64,000 bases of DNA from Verrucomicrobiales bacterium. Its GTDB lineage: Bacteria > Verrucomicrobiota > Verrucomicrobiia > Verrucomicrobiales > V1-33. The position numbers were made by a program, and so were the translations under genes. The stretch lies in assembly GCA_031411295.1 (NCBI GenBank), contig JANOAV010000124.1, positions 1 to 64,000 on the forward strand, read 5' to 3'. How positions within the stretch are numbered: the first letter of the stretch is position 1; each line of letters begins with the position of its first letter. The notes beneath the pieces are model-generated. The model was given only the letters and a program-made list of their open reading frames with translations, did no database searches and was not told the DNA's origin. This document shows positions 19,644 through 28,692 of this stretch, piece by piece.

Positions 19644-22353
19644 CACGGGTGGCATCCAATCGAAGTTGCGCGTTGGCTAGAGTTTCTGCGAGCACATTGC
19701 GATGGGCTGTGAGTTGTTGGATTTCCTCGCTGTTCACATGATTACCTTTTTGCCTTAAACTTTCCAAGCGTGCGATCTCGCCATCCAACTGTTGGTTCAG
19801 GCGCTTCTGGGCTGCTTTGATGAGGCGAGGCAATTTTTGTGCTGCGAGTTCTCGCGCTTGTTCCAGCAACTTGGGGAGCAGGGTGTCCTTGATGCCGTTG
19901 ATCTCCAGCAGGCGCTCGATTTCCGCATCCTGAAATTTCGCCCGCACGAGGTCCCGATCCTGGCTCCAGTCCTCGCCTGTGTGTGCCACCACCACGCGCA
20001 CTGGGGTGGCGGGGAGGAAGCGATCCACCTGCCAGGCGGCGGGGGCAATGCATTCTGCGACAAAGATGGTTTCCAGCCACAGGCCTTGTTTCGAGGCGTT
20101 CGTCCAGTGCACGCAAGCGGCATTGCCGGGTTCGCTGCCCAGAAGATAATCCAAGGCTCCTAACGCGACGGGGTGATCCCAAGTTAGGAAATCCCAGTCT
20201 TCCCGAATCACGGCTTGTGAGCGATCGAACGTGACGGTGAGACCATCGGCGGGCATGGCCGGCAGACTGTCGGTCACCAAGTGGCCGGGATGCCAAACGT
20301 AAGTGCGCGGACCGAGTTCCTCCCGCACCAGGCCGCAGTGATCGCCCAAGCGCAGCAGGAACGATTCGAAATTCACGTCCGCATCCAATTGGCGGAGCAA
20401 GGGTAAAATCTCCGGTTCTCCCACGGGCGCGCTCAACTCTAACAGCCGATCTTCACCTGCGGCCAACTGCGCGGTCACGCGATCCTTGGCGGCTTTGCTG
20501 GCTTTCAAGAGTTTTTGGATGACGACAGCGTTCTCCGGCTCGTCCAGGGCTCGGCTCAATGCTTCATCAAGAGCGAGGGCAATTTCCTGACCGCCGGGCA
20601 GATTTTCTTGGAAGGCATCCAAGCCTTCATGATACCAGCGAGCCAGCACGGCTTGGTCCGTGTTAGGAAGAAATGGCACGTGCAGGTGAATCGTTTCCTT
20701 TTGCCCAATGCGATCCAATCGTCCGATGCGCTGCTCGAGCAGTTCCGGATTCCTCGGCAAATCCATCAAGACCAAGTGATGCGCAAATTGGAAATTGCGT
20801 CCTTCGCTGCCGATTTCGCTGCAGAGCAAGAGTCGCGCGCCGTCCGTTTCCGCGAAGTAAGCGGCCTGCCGATCACGTTGCAGCAGCGTCAGTCCTTCGT
20901 GGAACATGGCCGAGTTGACCTGCATCGCTTCCTGCAGGCTGGCTTGCAGGGCTTCCACGGTTTCTCGTGCAGAGACGATGAGTAAAATTTTAGCCTGCGG
21001 CAGGGCCTTGAGGAGCTTCACTAACCACTGGGTCTGGAGGGTTAGTAAATCCGCTTCACCTTCGAGCGGGACGAGATGCAATTTACGTTCCGGAAAGCCC
21101 CGCAACTTGCGGCGGGTATTCCGAAAGACCACGCGACCGAGCCCGCACTCGTCCAACAGAGCTTGGATCAACTCGGCGCGCGCCTCCGGTTTCCCTTGTG
21201 CCAAGGCGGTCGCCAGCGCGCGGACGTGCGGGGACTGCTCGCTGAACAAGGCCAAGTCGGCCTTGGTTAAATTTTTCTGCTCCTGTAATCGCGCCACACC
21301 CTGCGCCACACGCGCATAGCGGGCGGTCTCTGAGCGATACGCTTCGAGTTCCGGATAGCGTTCGGGATCCAGTAAATGAAGTCGCGCGAAGTGGCCTTCC
21401 AGGCCGAGTTGCTGGGGCGTGGCGGTGAGCAGAATGAGGCCGGGCGTGGCTTCAGCCAACGTTTTCACCAACGTGTATTCCGCGCTTGGAGCGTCCGGAG
21501 TCCAGGCCAAATGATGCGCTTCATCCACCACCAGCAAGTCCCAACCAGCCGCCATGGCTTGTTGGGCGCGTTCTGGAGTCTGCGCCAGGTAGGTGACACT
21601 GGCGACGATGAGCGTGCTCTCGGCAAAGGGGTTCGTGGCTTCCTGATGCAATTCCACGGCTTCGCAATGCGCTTCATCCACCACGCGGAAACGCAGATTG
21701 AACTTGCGCAGCATTTCCACGAACCATTGATGCACCAAGGCTTCCGGCACCAACACCAGAATGCGTTCCGCTCGCCCCGTGCGATGCAGGCGATGCAGAA
21801 TCAGTCCGGCCTCGATCGTTTTGCCAAGGCCCACTTCATCCGCCAACAAGACCCGTGGTCGCAAACGTTCCGTAACAGTGTGCGCAATTGCGAGTTGATG
21901 CGGAATCAATTCCACGCGTCCACCAACAAAACCGCGTGCCGGAGACGATCTCATTTGGGCCCGTCGATACAGCGCTTCCAAGCGCAGATCATACACCACG
22001 TTCTCGTCCACCCGGCCTGCCAGCAGGCGCGCTTCCGGCTTGCTGAAACTGAGCGCGTCCGCCAGTTCCGTTTCCGGATAGGCCTGGCCTGCGGCGTGAT
22101 AGGTGAAAAATTCAGCGTGCTCAGAAACCCGTTCGACCACAATTTCCGCACCGTTTTGCAACGTCACCTTATCTCCCACCTGCAACTGCACCCGCCGCAA
22201 GGGAGCGGTGGCCAGCGCATATTGCCGACGCTCACGGGCGGCCCGGAACCATACTTTCACCAATCCTGCCGCCACTTCCACAATGATCCCCAAGCCCAGT
22301 TCAGGCTCGGCCTGACTGACGTAGCGTTGGTTGGGTTTGGGCTGGTTTGTCAT
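19627..22353 (-). CDS. rapA: RNA polymerase-associated SNF2 protein RapA
   Basis: QRYVSQAEPELGLG, LLADEVGLGKT, DEAHH, CSEIGSEGRNFQ, EQRIGRLDRIGQ, FLTWDHP. Confidence 0.93.
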   Translation of the reverse strand: MTNQPKPNQRYVSQAEPELGLGIIVEVAAGLVKVWFRAARERRQYALATAPLRRVQLQVGDKVTLQNGAEIVVERVSEHAEFFTYHAAGQAYPETELADALSFSKPEARLLAGRVDENVVYDLRLEALYRRAQMRSSPARGFVGGRVELIPHQLAIAHTVTERLRPRVLLADEVGLGKTIEAGLILHRLHRTGRAERILVLVPEALVHQWFVEMLRKFNLRFRVVDEAHCEAVELHQEATNPFAESTLIVASVTYLAQTPERAQQAMAAGWDLLVVDEAHHLAWTPDAPSAEYTLVKTLAEATPGLILLTATPQQLGLEGHFARLHLLDPERYPELEAYRSETARYARVAQGVARLQEQKNLTKADLALFSEQSPHVRALATALAQGKPEARAELIQALLDECGLGRVVFRNTRRKLRGFPERKLHLVPLEGEADLLTLQTQWLVKLLKALPQAKILLIVSARETVEALQASLQEAMQVNSAMFHEGLTLLQRDRQAAYFAETDGARLLLCSEIGSEGRNFQFAHHLVLMDLPRNPELLEQRIGRLDRIGQKETIHLHVPFLPNTDQAVLARWYHEGLDAFQENLPGGQEIALALDEALSRALDEPENAVVIQKLLKASKAAKDRVTAQLAAGEDRLLELSAPVGEPEILPLLRQLDADVNFESFLLRLGDHCGLVREELGPRTYVWHPGHLVTDSLPAMPADGLTVTFDRSQAVIREDWDFLTWDHPVALGALDYLLGSEPGNAACVHWTNASKQGLWLETIFVAECIAPAAWQVDRFLPATPVRVVVAHTGEDWSQDRDLVRAKFQDAEIERLLEINGIKDTLLPKLLEQARELAAQKLPRLIKAAQKRLNQQLDGEIARLESLRQKGNHVNSEEIQQLTAHRNVLAETLANAQLRLDATRVIQSS

Positions 22354-22365
22354 TGGCTGAGGAGA

Positions 22366-22496
22366 GTGGAAGCAGTCCGCTGGACTGCTTTTTATGTATG
22401 GTTGGCAAAGCGTAAAGCTGAGTTGCAACGCTCTGTCCCAGTGCTGGCTGGGAACGGGATTGCTGGGAATGAAGCAGTCCAGCGGACTGCTGCCAC
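22366..22496. repeat. Inverted pair of AGCAGTCC-N3-GGACTGCT REP-like palindromes
   Basis: Copies at 22371-22389 and 22473-22491, each with GTGG on its outer side; further copies at 62289 and 63940. Confidence 0.8.
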
Positions 22497-22510
22497 ACTC
22501 GGTTATAATT

Positions 22511-22547
22511 AAAAAAGGCGGGCACTGTTTCCAGTGCACCGCCTTTT
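22511..22547 (-). terminator. Intrinsic terminator after rpsD
   Basis: AAAAAAGGCGG-GCACTG...CAGTGC-A-CCGCCTTTT hairpin with A/T tails. Confidence 0.75.
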
Positions 22548-22588
22548 CGAAAGGGGAGGGATAAGCTCTCGCGGAGTCTCGGGTGAGA

Positions 22589-23200
22589 TTAGCGGGAGTA
22601 AAGTTCGACGATCAGTTGCTCGTTGACGAGCGGATCGATTTCTTCACGGGAAGGAATCCGCACCACGGTGCCGGTGAGCTTGTCGCGATCCACGCTGACC
22701 CACTCAGGAGTCGGCACGGCTTGCGTCAGGTCCACTGCGCGTTGGCCAAGTTGTTGGCTGCGGGCGGTTTCTTTGAGGGTGATGACATCACCAGGCTTGC
22801 ACTGGTAGCTCGGGATGTTGACCTTGCCACCGTTGACGCGGACGTGGCCATGGCCGACGTATTGCCGGGAGGCATTGCGGCTGTTGGCGAAACCGAGGCG
22901 GTAAACGACGTTGTCCAAGCGGAGTTCCAGCATTTGGAGCAAGATTTCACCGGTAACGCCCTTGCGGCGTTGGGCTTCTGCGAAGAAGCGGCGGAAAGGC
23001 TTTTCCAACATACCGTATTGGTAGCGGAGCTTTTGCTTTTCACCGAGAGCGATACAGTAGTCGCTTTGCTTTTTACGGCCACTGCGGGCACCGTGTTGGC
23101 CGGGGCCGAAGGCGCGGCGTTCAAGGGCTTTGGTAGGGCCAAAAATGGCGACTCCGAAGCGGCGGCTGATTTTGTCTTTGGGCCCAGTATAACGTGCCAT
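22589..23200 (-). CDS. rpsD: 30S ribosomal protein S4
   Basis: MARYTGP, PGQHG, EKQKLR, LELRLDNVVYRLG, LIVELYSR. Confidence 0.98.
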   Translation of the reverse strand: MARYTGPKDKISRRFGVAIFGPTKALERRAFGPGQHGARSGRKKQSDYCIALGEKQKLRYQYGMLEKPFRRFFAEAQRRKGVTGEILLQMLELRLDNVVYRLGFANSRNASRQYVGHGHVRVNGGKVNIPSYQCKPGDVITLKETARSQQLGQRAVDLTQAVPTPEWVSVDRDKLTGTVVRIPSREEIDPLVNEQLIVELYSR

Positions 23201-23247
23201 GATTTAAGAGAGGGTAAGTGAGTAAGGGAGTTTAAAAATAAAGAGGA

Positions 23248-23847
23248 CTAGACGCGACGGGCCTTGGGTGGACGGCATCCGTTGTGGGGGATGGGGGTCA
23301 CGTCGTTAATGATGGTGACATCGATCCCGATGGCTTGGACCGCACGAACGGCGGACTCACGACCTGAACCAGGACCTTTGACGCGCACTTCGGCTTCGCG
23401 CATGCCATGGCCCATGGCTTGGCGGCAAGCGTCTTGGGAGACGAGTTGGGCGGCATAGGCGGTGGATTTCCGGCTGCCTTTGAAGCCCATCTTGCCAGCG
23501 CTGCTCCAACCGATCACGTTGCCGCGAACGTCGGTCACGGAAACGATGGTGTTGTTGAAAGAGGCCAGCACGTTGACGACGCCAACGGTGATGTTCTTGC
23601 TGCCCTTGAGCTTGACGATCTTGACTTTTTCTTCGTCAGGATTGAGCAATTGCTGAGCGTCTTTAGGGGCTTCATGCACTGGAGGCGCGGCAGCAGCAGC
23701 ATCGGCAGCGGCTTTGGCGGCTTTGGCGCCCTTGACTTTCGTTGGTTTAGCTTCGGCTGCGGCGGGTGCGGCAGCGGCAGGGGCTGCCGTCTCAGCGACG
23801 GGAGCAGGTGTTGGTTCAGCGGCGGGCTGGATAGTTTCGTCGGCCAT
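23248..23847 (-). CDS. rpsK: 30S ribosomal protein S11 with long N-terminal extension
   Basis: [50 protein letters not shown]. Confidence 0.98.
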   Translation of the reverse strand: MADETIQPAAEPTPAPVAETAAPAAAAPAAAEAKPTKVKGAKAAKAAADAAAAAPPVHEAPKDAQQLLNPDEEKVKIVKLKGSKNITVGVVNVLASFNNTIVSVTDVRGNVIGWSSAGKMGFKGSRKSTAYAAQLVSQDACRQAMGHGMREAEVRVKGPGSGRESAVRAVQAIGIDVTIINDVTPIPHNGCRPPKARRV

Positions 23848-23897
23848 AATAGGATTCGGGAGGAAGGTTGAGGAGAGAGGTGGGCTCGACTTAAGGA

Positions 23898-24278
23898 TTA
23901 TTTACCCTTGGCGCGTTGCACGCCGACGGTCTTCCGCTTGCCCTTGCGAGTGCGGGCATTGGTGTGAGTGCGCTGACCACGAACGGGCAGGCCCTTACGA
24001 TGACGCAGCCCACGGTAGCAGTTGATTTGCTGGAGGCGCTTGAGATTGATTTGAATATCCCGGCGGAGATCGCCTTCAACCACATAATTATTCGCTTGGA
24101 TATTAGCGATAATGGCTCCGAGTTGCTCATTGGTCAGCTCACCAGCACGAGTGTTGGGGTTGATATTCGTTTGCTCAAGGATCTTCTTGGCCAAACTGGG
24201 GCCAATGCCGTAGATGTAGGGAAGAGCAGCTTCGACGCGCTTTTCGTTGGGAATATCGATACCGAGGAGACGGGCCAT
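23898..24278 (-). CDS. rpsM: 30S ribosomal protein S13
   Basis: [42 protein letters not shown]. Confidence 0.98.
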   Translation of the reverse strand: MARLLGIDIPNEKRVEAALPYIYGIGPSLAKKILEQTNINPNTRAGELTNEQLGAIIANIQANNYVVEGDLRRDIQINLKRLQQINCYRGLRHRKGLPVRGQRTHTNARTRKGKRKTVGVQRAKGK

Positions 24279-24320
24279 GTTGAATTAGTGTCTGGAGGTT
24301 GGGTGGGAGAGGAAAACGAA

Positions 24321-24434
24321 TTAACCCTGACGTTGTTTATGACGTGGGTTTTTGCAAATAATACGCACGACGCCTTCCCGACGGATGATCCGGCAGGAAT
24401 CGCAAAGTTTCTTAACAGAGGGTCTGACTTTCAT
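24321..24434 (-). CDS. rpmJ: 50S ribosomal protein L36 (zinc-binding type)
   Basis: [37 protein letters not shown], 37 aa. Confidence 0.97.
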   Translation of the reverse strand: MKVRPSVKKLCDSCRIIRREGVVRIICKNPRHKQRQG

Positions 24435-24670
24435 GGCAAAAAAAATGGAGGGTGAGGGTGCCCGGAGGGCGATGTAGTGGGAGTTGCGGTGCGCGTGGGA
24501 AGTGGGCAACCAAGCCCGCTTTTCGGTGACGAAACGCATCCATCCGCTTGGTGCTGACCAGCGGGGGGCGGGATTCTTACCACACCCGACAACTCGCGCA
24601 AGAGGAAAATGCCAATTCTCATTTAGATTTTCTTTTAATGGCTGTGTAGTATCAATCAAACAGAAATATT

Positions 24671-25855
24671 CTACGGCTTTTCCACCACCACGACGCGTCC
24701 ATCGCCAGGCTTTGCGACGCCATAACCCAGCGGGGTTCCGTCCTCTTCCGTAATCAGCCACACGTGGCCGGGACGGGTATGCTGAATGGAAACGAACTTA
24801 CCGCGCAGAGTCCCATGAGGGACTAAATTTCCCGCAGGGTCCACCCAGGACAGGCTGAGTTCCCGGTCGGTGGCGTTGGCGATGATGAGGCTGCAGTCTT
24901 TGCCCTCAGGATTCGTGGAGGCGGGTGGTTTGCCGTCCTTTCCCAGTGGATTCCAAGCCACTGGGAGCAGACCTGACGGCTGAAGGGAAGGATTGGAGAG
25001 TGCTTTCTCGGTCCATTGTTCCAATTCGTTTGGCCAGGAGAATTTGGGTGCTTGGGAGAACTCCCAGCCAGCAAAATGTTCCAGCACGGCACGCTGCTCT
25101 GGTCGTTGATAGCGCCATTCCTTGTCGCCAAAGACTTCCTCGCAGAGTTTGGCCAGGGCGGGGTCATATTCCTTTAATTCCGCCCGGGTATTGACGTGGT
25201 TATGATCATGGTCATTTTCGCGATTGGTATCAAACCAACTCTGAGCCCCTTCGGCCCAATACTCGGCGTGGTTCACGCTGGCGTATTTTCCTTTCCAGAG
25301 GCCGGCCGCCGCAGCCGTCTTGTAGGTTCTCTGGAGTCGCTTATCGAACGTGGGATCCGTTAGGTTGAGTCCCATCTGGTGAATCGCGTGGCTGAATTCG
25401 TGGATGAGAATGTTCTCAGTGCCGTAGGGGTCTCCGGGAAGACAGAGTAAATTTTCCGCTCCACAGGTGACGGCAGGACGATCCGGGGAGGCTCCCAAGC
25501 CGCGGGCGCGACGGTCCCAATAGCGGGCGGGGACCAGGGAGGCGTGCTCAGGGATGGCGGTGGTGTATTCATCCTGCGCCATGATGGCGAAACGAACTTT
25601 CTGCTGGGCCATGGCGGCCAGGACGGGGGAGTCGGGGTCGAGCATGTGGCCAATCAGCCAAGCGGCCTCCAGCAACGCCCGGTCCTCCGTGCGGCGGGTG
25701 GCGACGACGGGAAGTTTCCCCACGAGGACGCACTTGGTGTAGGCGGCATCCAGTTTGAAATCAGCCACCACTTCAGGCGATGGTGGTGCCACCACCGCGG
25801 ACGCAGCTGGCAGCAAGGAAAGACTGAGCAGAAGAAGAAAGAAGGGAAGGCGCAT
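24671..25855 (-). CDS. Secreted HEXXH zinc metallopeptidase-like protein with C-terminal VHL-beta-like domain
   Basis: Signal peptide; [22 protein letters not shown]; tail [19 protein letters not shown]...[11 protein letters not shown]. Confidence 0.75.
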   Translation of the reverse strand: MRLPFFLLLLSLSLLPAASAVVAPPSPEVVADFKLDAAYTKCVLVGKLPVVATRRTEDRALLEAAWLIGHMLDPDSPVLAAMAQQKVRFAIMAQDEYTTAIPEHASLVPARYWDRRARGLGASPDRPAVTCGAENLLCLPGDPYGTENILIHEFSHAIHQMGLNLTDPTFDKRLQRTYKTAAAAGLWKGKYASVNHAEYWAEGAQSWFDTNRENDHDHNHVNTRAELKEYDPALAKLCEEVFGDKEWRYQRPEQRAVLEHFAGWEFSQAPKFSWPNELEQWTEKALSNPSLQPSGLLPVAWNPLGKDGKPPASTNPEGKDCSLIIANATDRELSLSWVDPAGNLVPHGTLRGKFVSIQHTRPGHVWLITEEDGTPLGYGVAKPGDGRVVVVEKP

Positions 25856-25905
25856 GTTAGTTTAAAAGTGAAGACAAAGGGAAGATGGCGAGAGCCAGAC
25901 AAAGC

Positions 25906-25940
25906 AAAACCGCCCAGGAAATTCATCCGTGGGCGGTTTT
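25906..25940 (-). terminator. Intrinsic terminator after rplS
   Basis: AAAACCGCCCA...TGGGCGGTTTT hairpin. Confidence 0.75.
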
Positions 25941-25967
25941 GATAAACTGCATTGGCGCAGCCGCAAA

Positions 25968-26330
25968 TTATGCGGTGGCGACTTGACGGCTCACTTCCTT
26001 GACGGTGGTGGCGTCCTTGCCCAGACGGGTGCGGAGGTAGTTGAGCTTGGCGCGACGGACTTTCCCGCGCTTAGTCACTTCGACCTTGGCTACTTTGGGG
26101 GAATGGATCGGGAACACCCGCTCCACGCCTTCACCATAGGAAATCTTCCGGACGGTGAGGTTCTGGCTGACGCCGATGCCCTGACGAGCGATGACGATGC
26201 CTGCGAAGATCTGAATCCGCTCTTTGCCGCCTTCAACAACGCGGCTGTGGACTTTAACGGTATCACCAACGTTCACAGGGGAAACGTCGGTCTTCATTTG
26301 CTCTTGGTGGATTTTCTGGATCTTGTTCAT
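25968..26330 (-). CDS. rplS: 50S ribosomal protein L19
   Basis: [42 protein letters not shown]. Confidence 0.98.
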   Translation of the reverse strand: MNKIQKIHQEQMKTDVSPVNVGDTVKVHSRVVEGGKERIQIFAGIVIARQGIGVSQNLTVRKISYGEGVERVFPIHSPKVAKVEVTKRGKVRRAKLNYLRTRLGKDATTVKEVSRQVATA

Positions 26331-26479
26331 AACTAAATTTGTCGGCCCTCGGGGCCATGCGGGTTGAATTAAATTAGCAGGGAAAGAAGGCAGCACGGCG
26401 GGGGCCTTCGGGTGAGGAGCGGCGGAATTAAGCTACTTCCCTGGAAAACGCAAAGAAAATTCTGCAAACTTTGCGCGCC

Positions 26480-26520
26480 AAGGAGGAATTTCCAACTGGC
26501 AAGGCCGGAAATTCCTCCTT
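26480..26520. terminator. 14-bp perfect inverted repeat, probable terminator of the peroxidase-like gene
   Basis: AAGGAGGAATTTCC-N13-GGAAATTCCTCCTT. Confidence 0.55.
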
Positions 26521-26537
26521 CCGCAAAGAATTCTCCT

Positions 26538-28463
26538 TCAGAGTGACTTCAAATATTCGATCAACTGAGCCCGTTGCGCCTCATCGAAGATGCCATATTC
26601 GTGACCGACATTGGAATTCCCGGGCTGCGCCTGGGTGTTGAAGGTGAAGTTGCCATCATTGACCAGTCCTACATGCTTGGGATCGAATTCCCGGCTGCCG
26701 ACCTTGAATGCTTTGAGGCGCTCAGCCGCTGGCTTCAGCAATTCATCCAGGTTGAGGACGGAGCCATTGTGCAAGTAGGGTGCAGTGGCCCAGATCCCAT
26801 TGAGCGGGCGGCCTTTGTAGGCCAGAATCACGGTGGCTTCAGGGCCGTCACCTATCGCGAGTTGGGCGACTTTCTCCACCTCACCTTCGACTTTGGTGAA
26901 TTTTTCCCTCAATGCGCCTGGCAGCGCTTCCACGTTCACCTTGCCATCGACCACTGTCTCCGCACCGTTTTTCAGATCGCTCAACCCTTTGACGCTGGCG
27001 CTGTGGACCTCTCCATCGACGATTTTTACATCATTTAGAATCGTGGTAATTTTGTCATCCGCCGTCTGAATTACCGCCGCCAGATCCAGATTAAACGTTT
27101 TGTCTTGCGGGTTGATCAGGTCGTGCTTGCCCACCAGCACCCGCTGGCCCAGGTGGCTGAGGAGATTGCCAATGGGTTCCACCGCTTGGAGTTTGCGGGG
27201 AATCAAGCCTGCGGGCACGAAGATCCGTCCTGCGAACACTCCACTGCGGGCGGTGCGCGTGGCGGCATTGCGCGCCATACTGGGATCCGTCTTAACGTCA
27301 TCCATTTTGGCGATGATTTTCCGGTTAGGATCGGTGCGGTTGATTTCCGCATGGCATTTGATGCAATTGGCCGCAAATAGTTCCTTACCTTTGCTGACGA
27401 GCCCTTGGTCTAGTTTACCGAATTCTTCCGGCCATTGTGGAGACCAAAGGGCGCGGACTAAGTCTTCCAAGTCGGTCAGGCTACCCGTATTGACTGAGGA
27501 TGGATACCCGCCCAGCGGTTCCTCTTGAGTCGTGGTGTCCACGTCGGCAAAGACTCCCAGGACCTCTCCCACATTGCGGCCCAGCGCTCCGATGTGGATG
27601 TTTTTGACAACCGTATTGGGAGCCGAGCCGTTCCATTGGACGCGATCGTGCTGGGGCGTATCCCACAGGAAGGGATAGCTCACGGGAGCGTCGCATCGGG
27701 TCTCGTTGTCCGGCACTTGAGCGAAGCGCACGGCTACTTCGTTGAAGATGGCGTCGAAGGCATCCAAGCGACCGGGCCCAAACTCCAACGCTTTGACCGT
27801 GGGCAAGTTGCGTCCGTTGTAGAGGGCGCGTCGATCATAAACTTCCTGCAGTTCAGCCTTCAGCGCAGCGATGGCCTCTGGTGCAGCGGCTTTCCCCAGG
27901 AGCCCAGCGGAGAACCGAGCGAACTTGGCCGCGTCATCTTTCGTGGCACTGAGGGAGGCTGCCATTTCCTTCATCATGGTGGCGGCATCCGCCAAGGTGG
28001 GAGCACCATCGATCAACCAAGCGGTTCCCTGATAGTTGATCTGTCCGATGTGGCAGGCCGCACAGGTCATTCCCAGCGCGACCCCATTTTTCACAAAACC
28101 GATGGGCAAGCCATCAGGGTTGCTGGTAGGCTCTGCGGATCGTGGCAAATAGCCGAAGGCGCGGATGTTGGCGGCATCTCGGAAGGGCTGCTCCGAGGTT
28201 GCTTGCTCCAAATGCAGCCACCACGCATAAGGCATTAGTTGGGATCCCTGAGCGGTGTCGTAAAATCTTCTGGCATCGGCATCGGTCCAATTTTGCTTCA
28301 GCACGCGGAGGCCTTTCAGTTCTGGGGCTAAGAGTAAATTGCGCCCAGATCCGTCTGCATCACTGGTGCCGCCGATGGGGGGCTTGTTCCAGAAACTAAG
28401 CCAACTGATGGCTCCGATACAAAGGAGGCTAAGGAGGCTGAGCAGGATGGTTTTAGGTTTCAT
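26538..28463 (-). CDS. Di-heme cytochrome c peroxidase-like / RoxA-like protein
   Basis: CAACH and CIKCH; FYDTAQGSQLMPY, GPGRLDAF, YKGRPLNGIWATAPYLHNGSV, GNSNVGHEY; N-terminal hydrophobic anchor. Confidence 0.85.
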   Translation of the reverse strand: MKPKTILLSLLSLLCIGAISWLSFWNKPPIGGTSDADGSGRNLLLAPELKGLRVLKQNWTDADARRFYDTAQGSQLMPYAWWLHLEQATSEQPFRDAANIRAFGYLPRSAEPTSNPDGLPIGFVKNGVALGMTCAACHIGQINYQGTAWLIDGAPTLADAATMMKEMAASLSATKDDAAKFARFSAGLLGKAAAPEAIAALKAELQEVYDRRALYNGRNLPTVKALEFGPGRLDAFDAIFNEVAVRFAQVPDNETRCDAPVSYPFLWDTPQHDRVQWNGSAPNTVVKNIHIGALGRNVGEVLGVFADVDTTTQEEPLGGYPSSVNTGSLTDLEDLVRALWSPQWPEEFGKLDQGLVSKGKELFAANCIKCHAEINRTDPNRKIIAKMDDVKTDPSMARNAATRTARSGVFAGRIFVPAGLIPRKLQAVEPIGNLLSHLGQRVLVGKHDLINPQDKTFNLDLAAVIQTADDKITTILNDVKIVDGEVHSASVKGLSDLKNGAETVVDGKVNVEALPGALREKFTKVEGEVEKVAQLAIGDGPEATVILAYKGRPLNGIWATAPYLHNGSVLNLDELLKPAAERLKAFKVGSREFDPKHVGLVNDGNFTFNTQAQPGNSNVGHEYGIFDEAQRAQLIEYLKSL

Positions 28464-28692
28464 AGGTAGGATATGGGGTCGCTAGTTTTACTGCCCCGGC
28501 CTGGCTCCCAATGAACCCGACAGCACAGCTTATCTCACAATTCGCATTTTTCTGCGCAGCGTTACAAAGTTTCACGAAATTCTTATTTTGCGTGGCGAAA
28601 TCTTTCCAAGCCTGTGCTTGGCGGAGTGAGTGATCGGGCATTGTTTGAGATTGCATTGTCGCGTGATCTTCCGCATGATGCGCCCCAATTTC

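Noticed and set aside
24573..24601. Possible sigma70 promoter (TTGCGC...TAAGAAT) for rpmJ-rpsD
   Set aside because: Spacing and -10 match are ambiguous; too weak to call
24435..24761. 146-aa ORF extending rpmJ upstream
   Set aside because: L36 is the last 37 aa only; the extension covers leader/promoter DNA and overlaps the upstream gene
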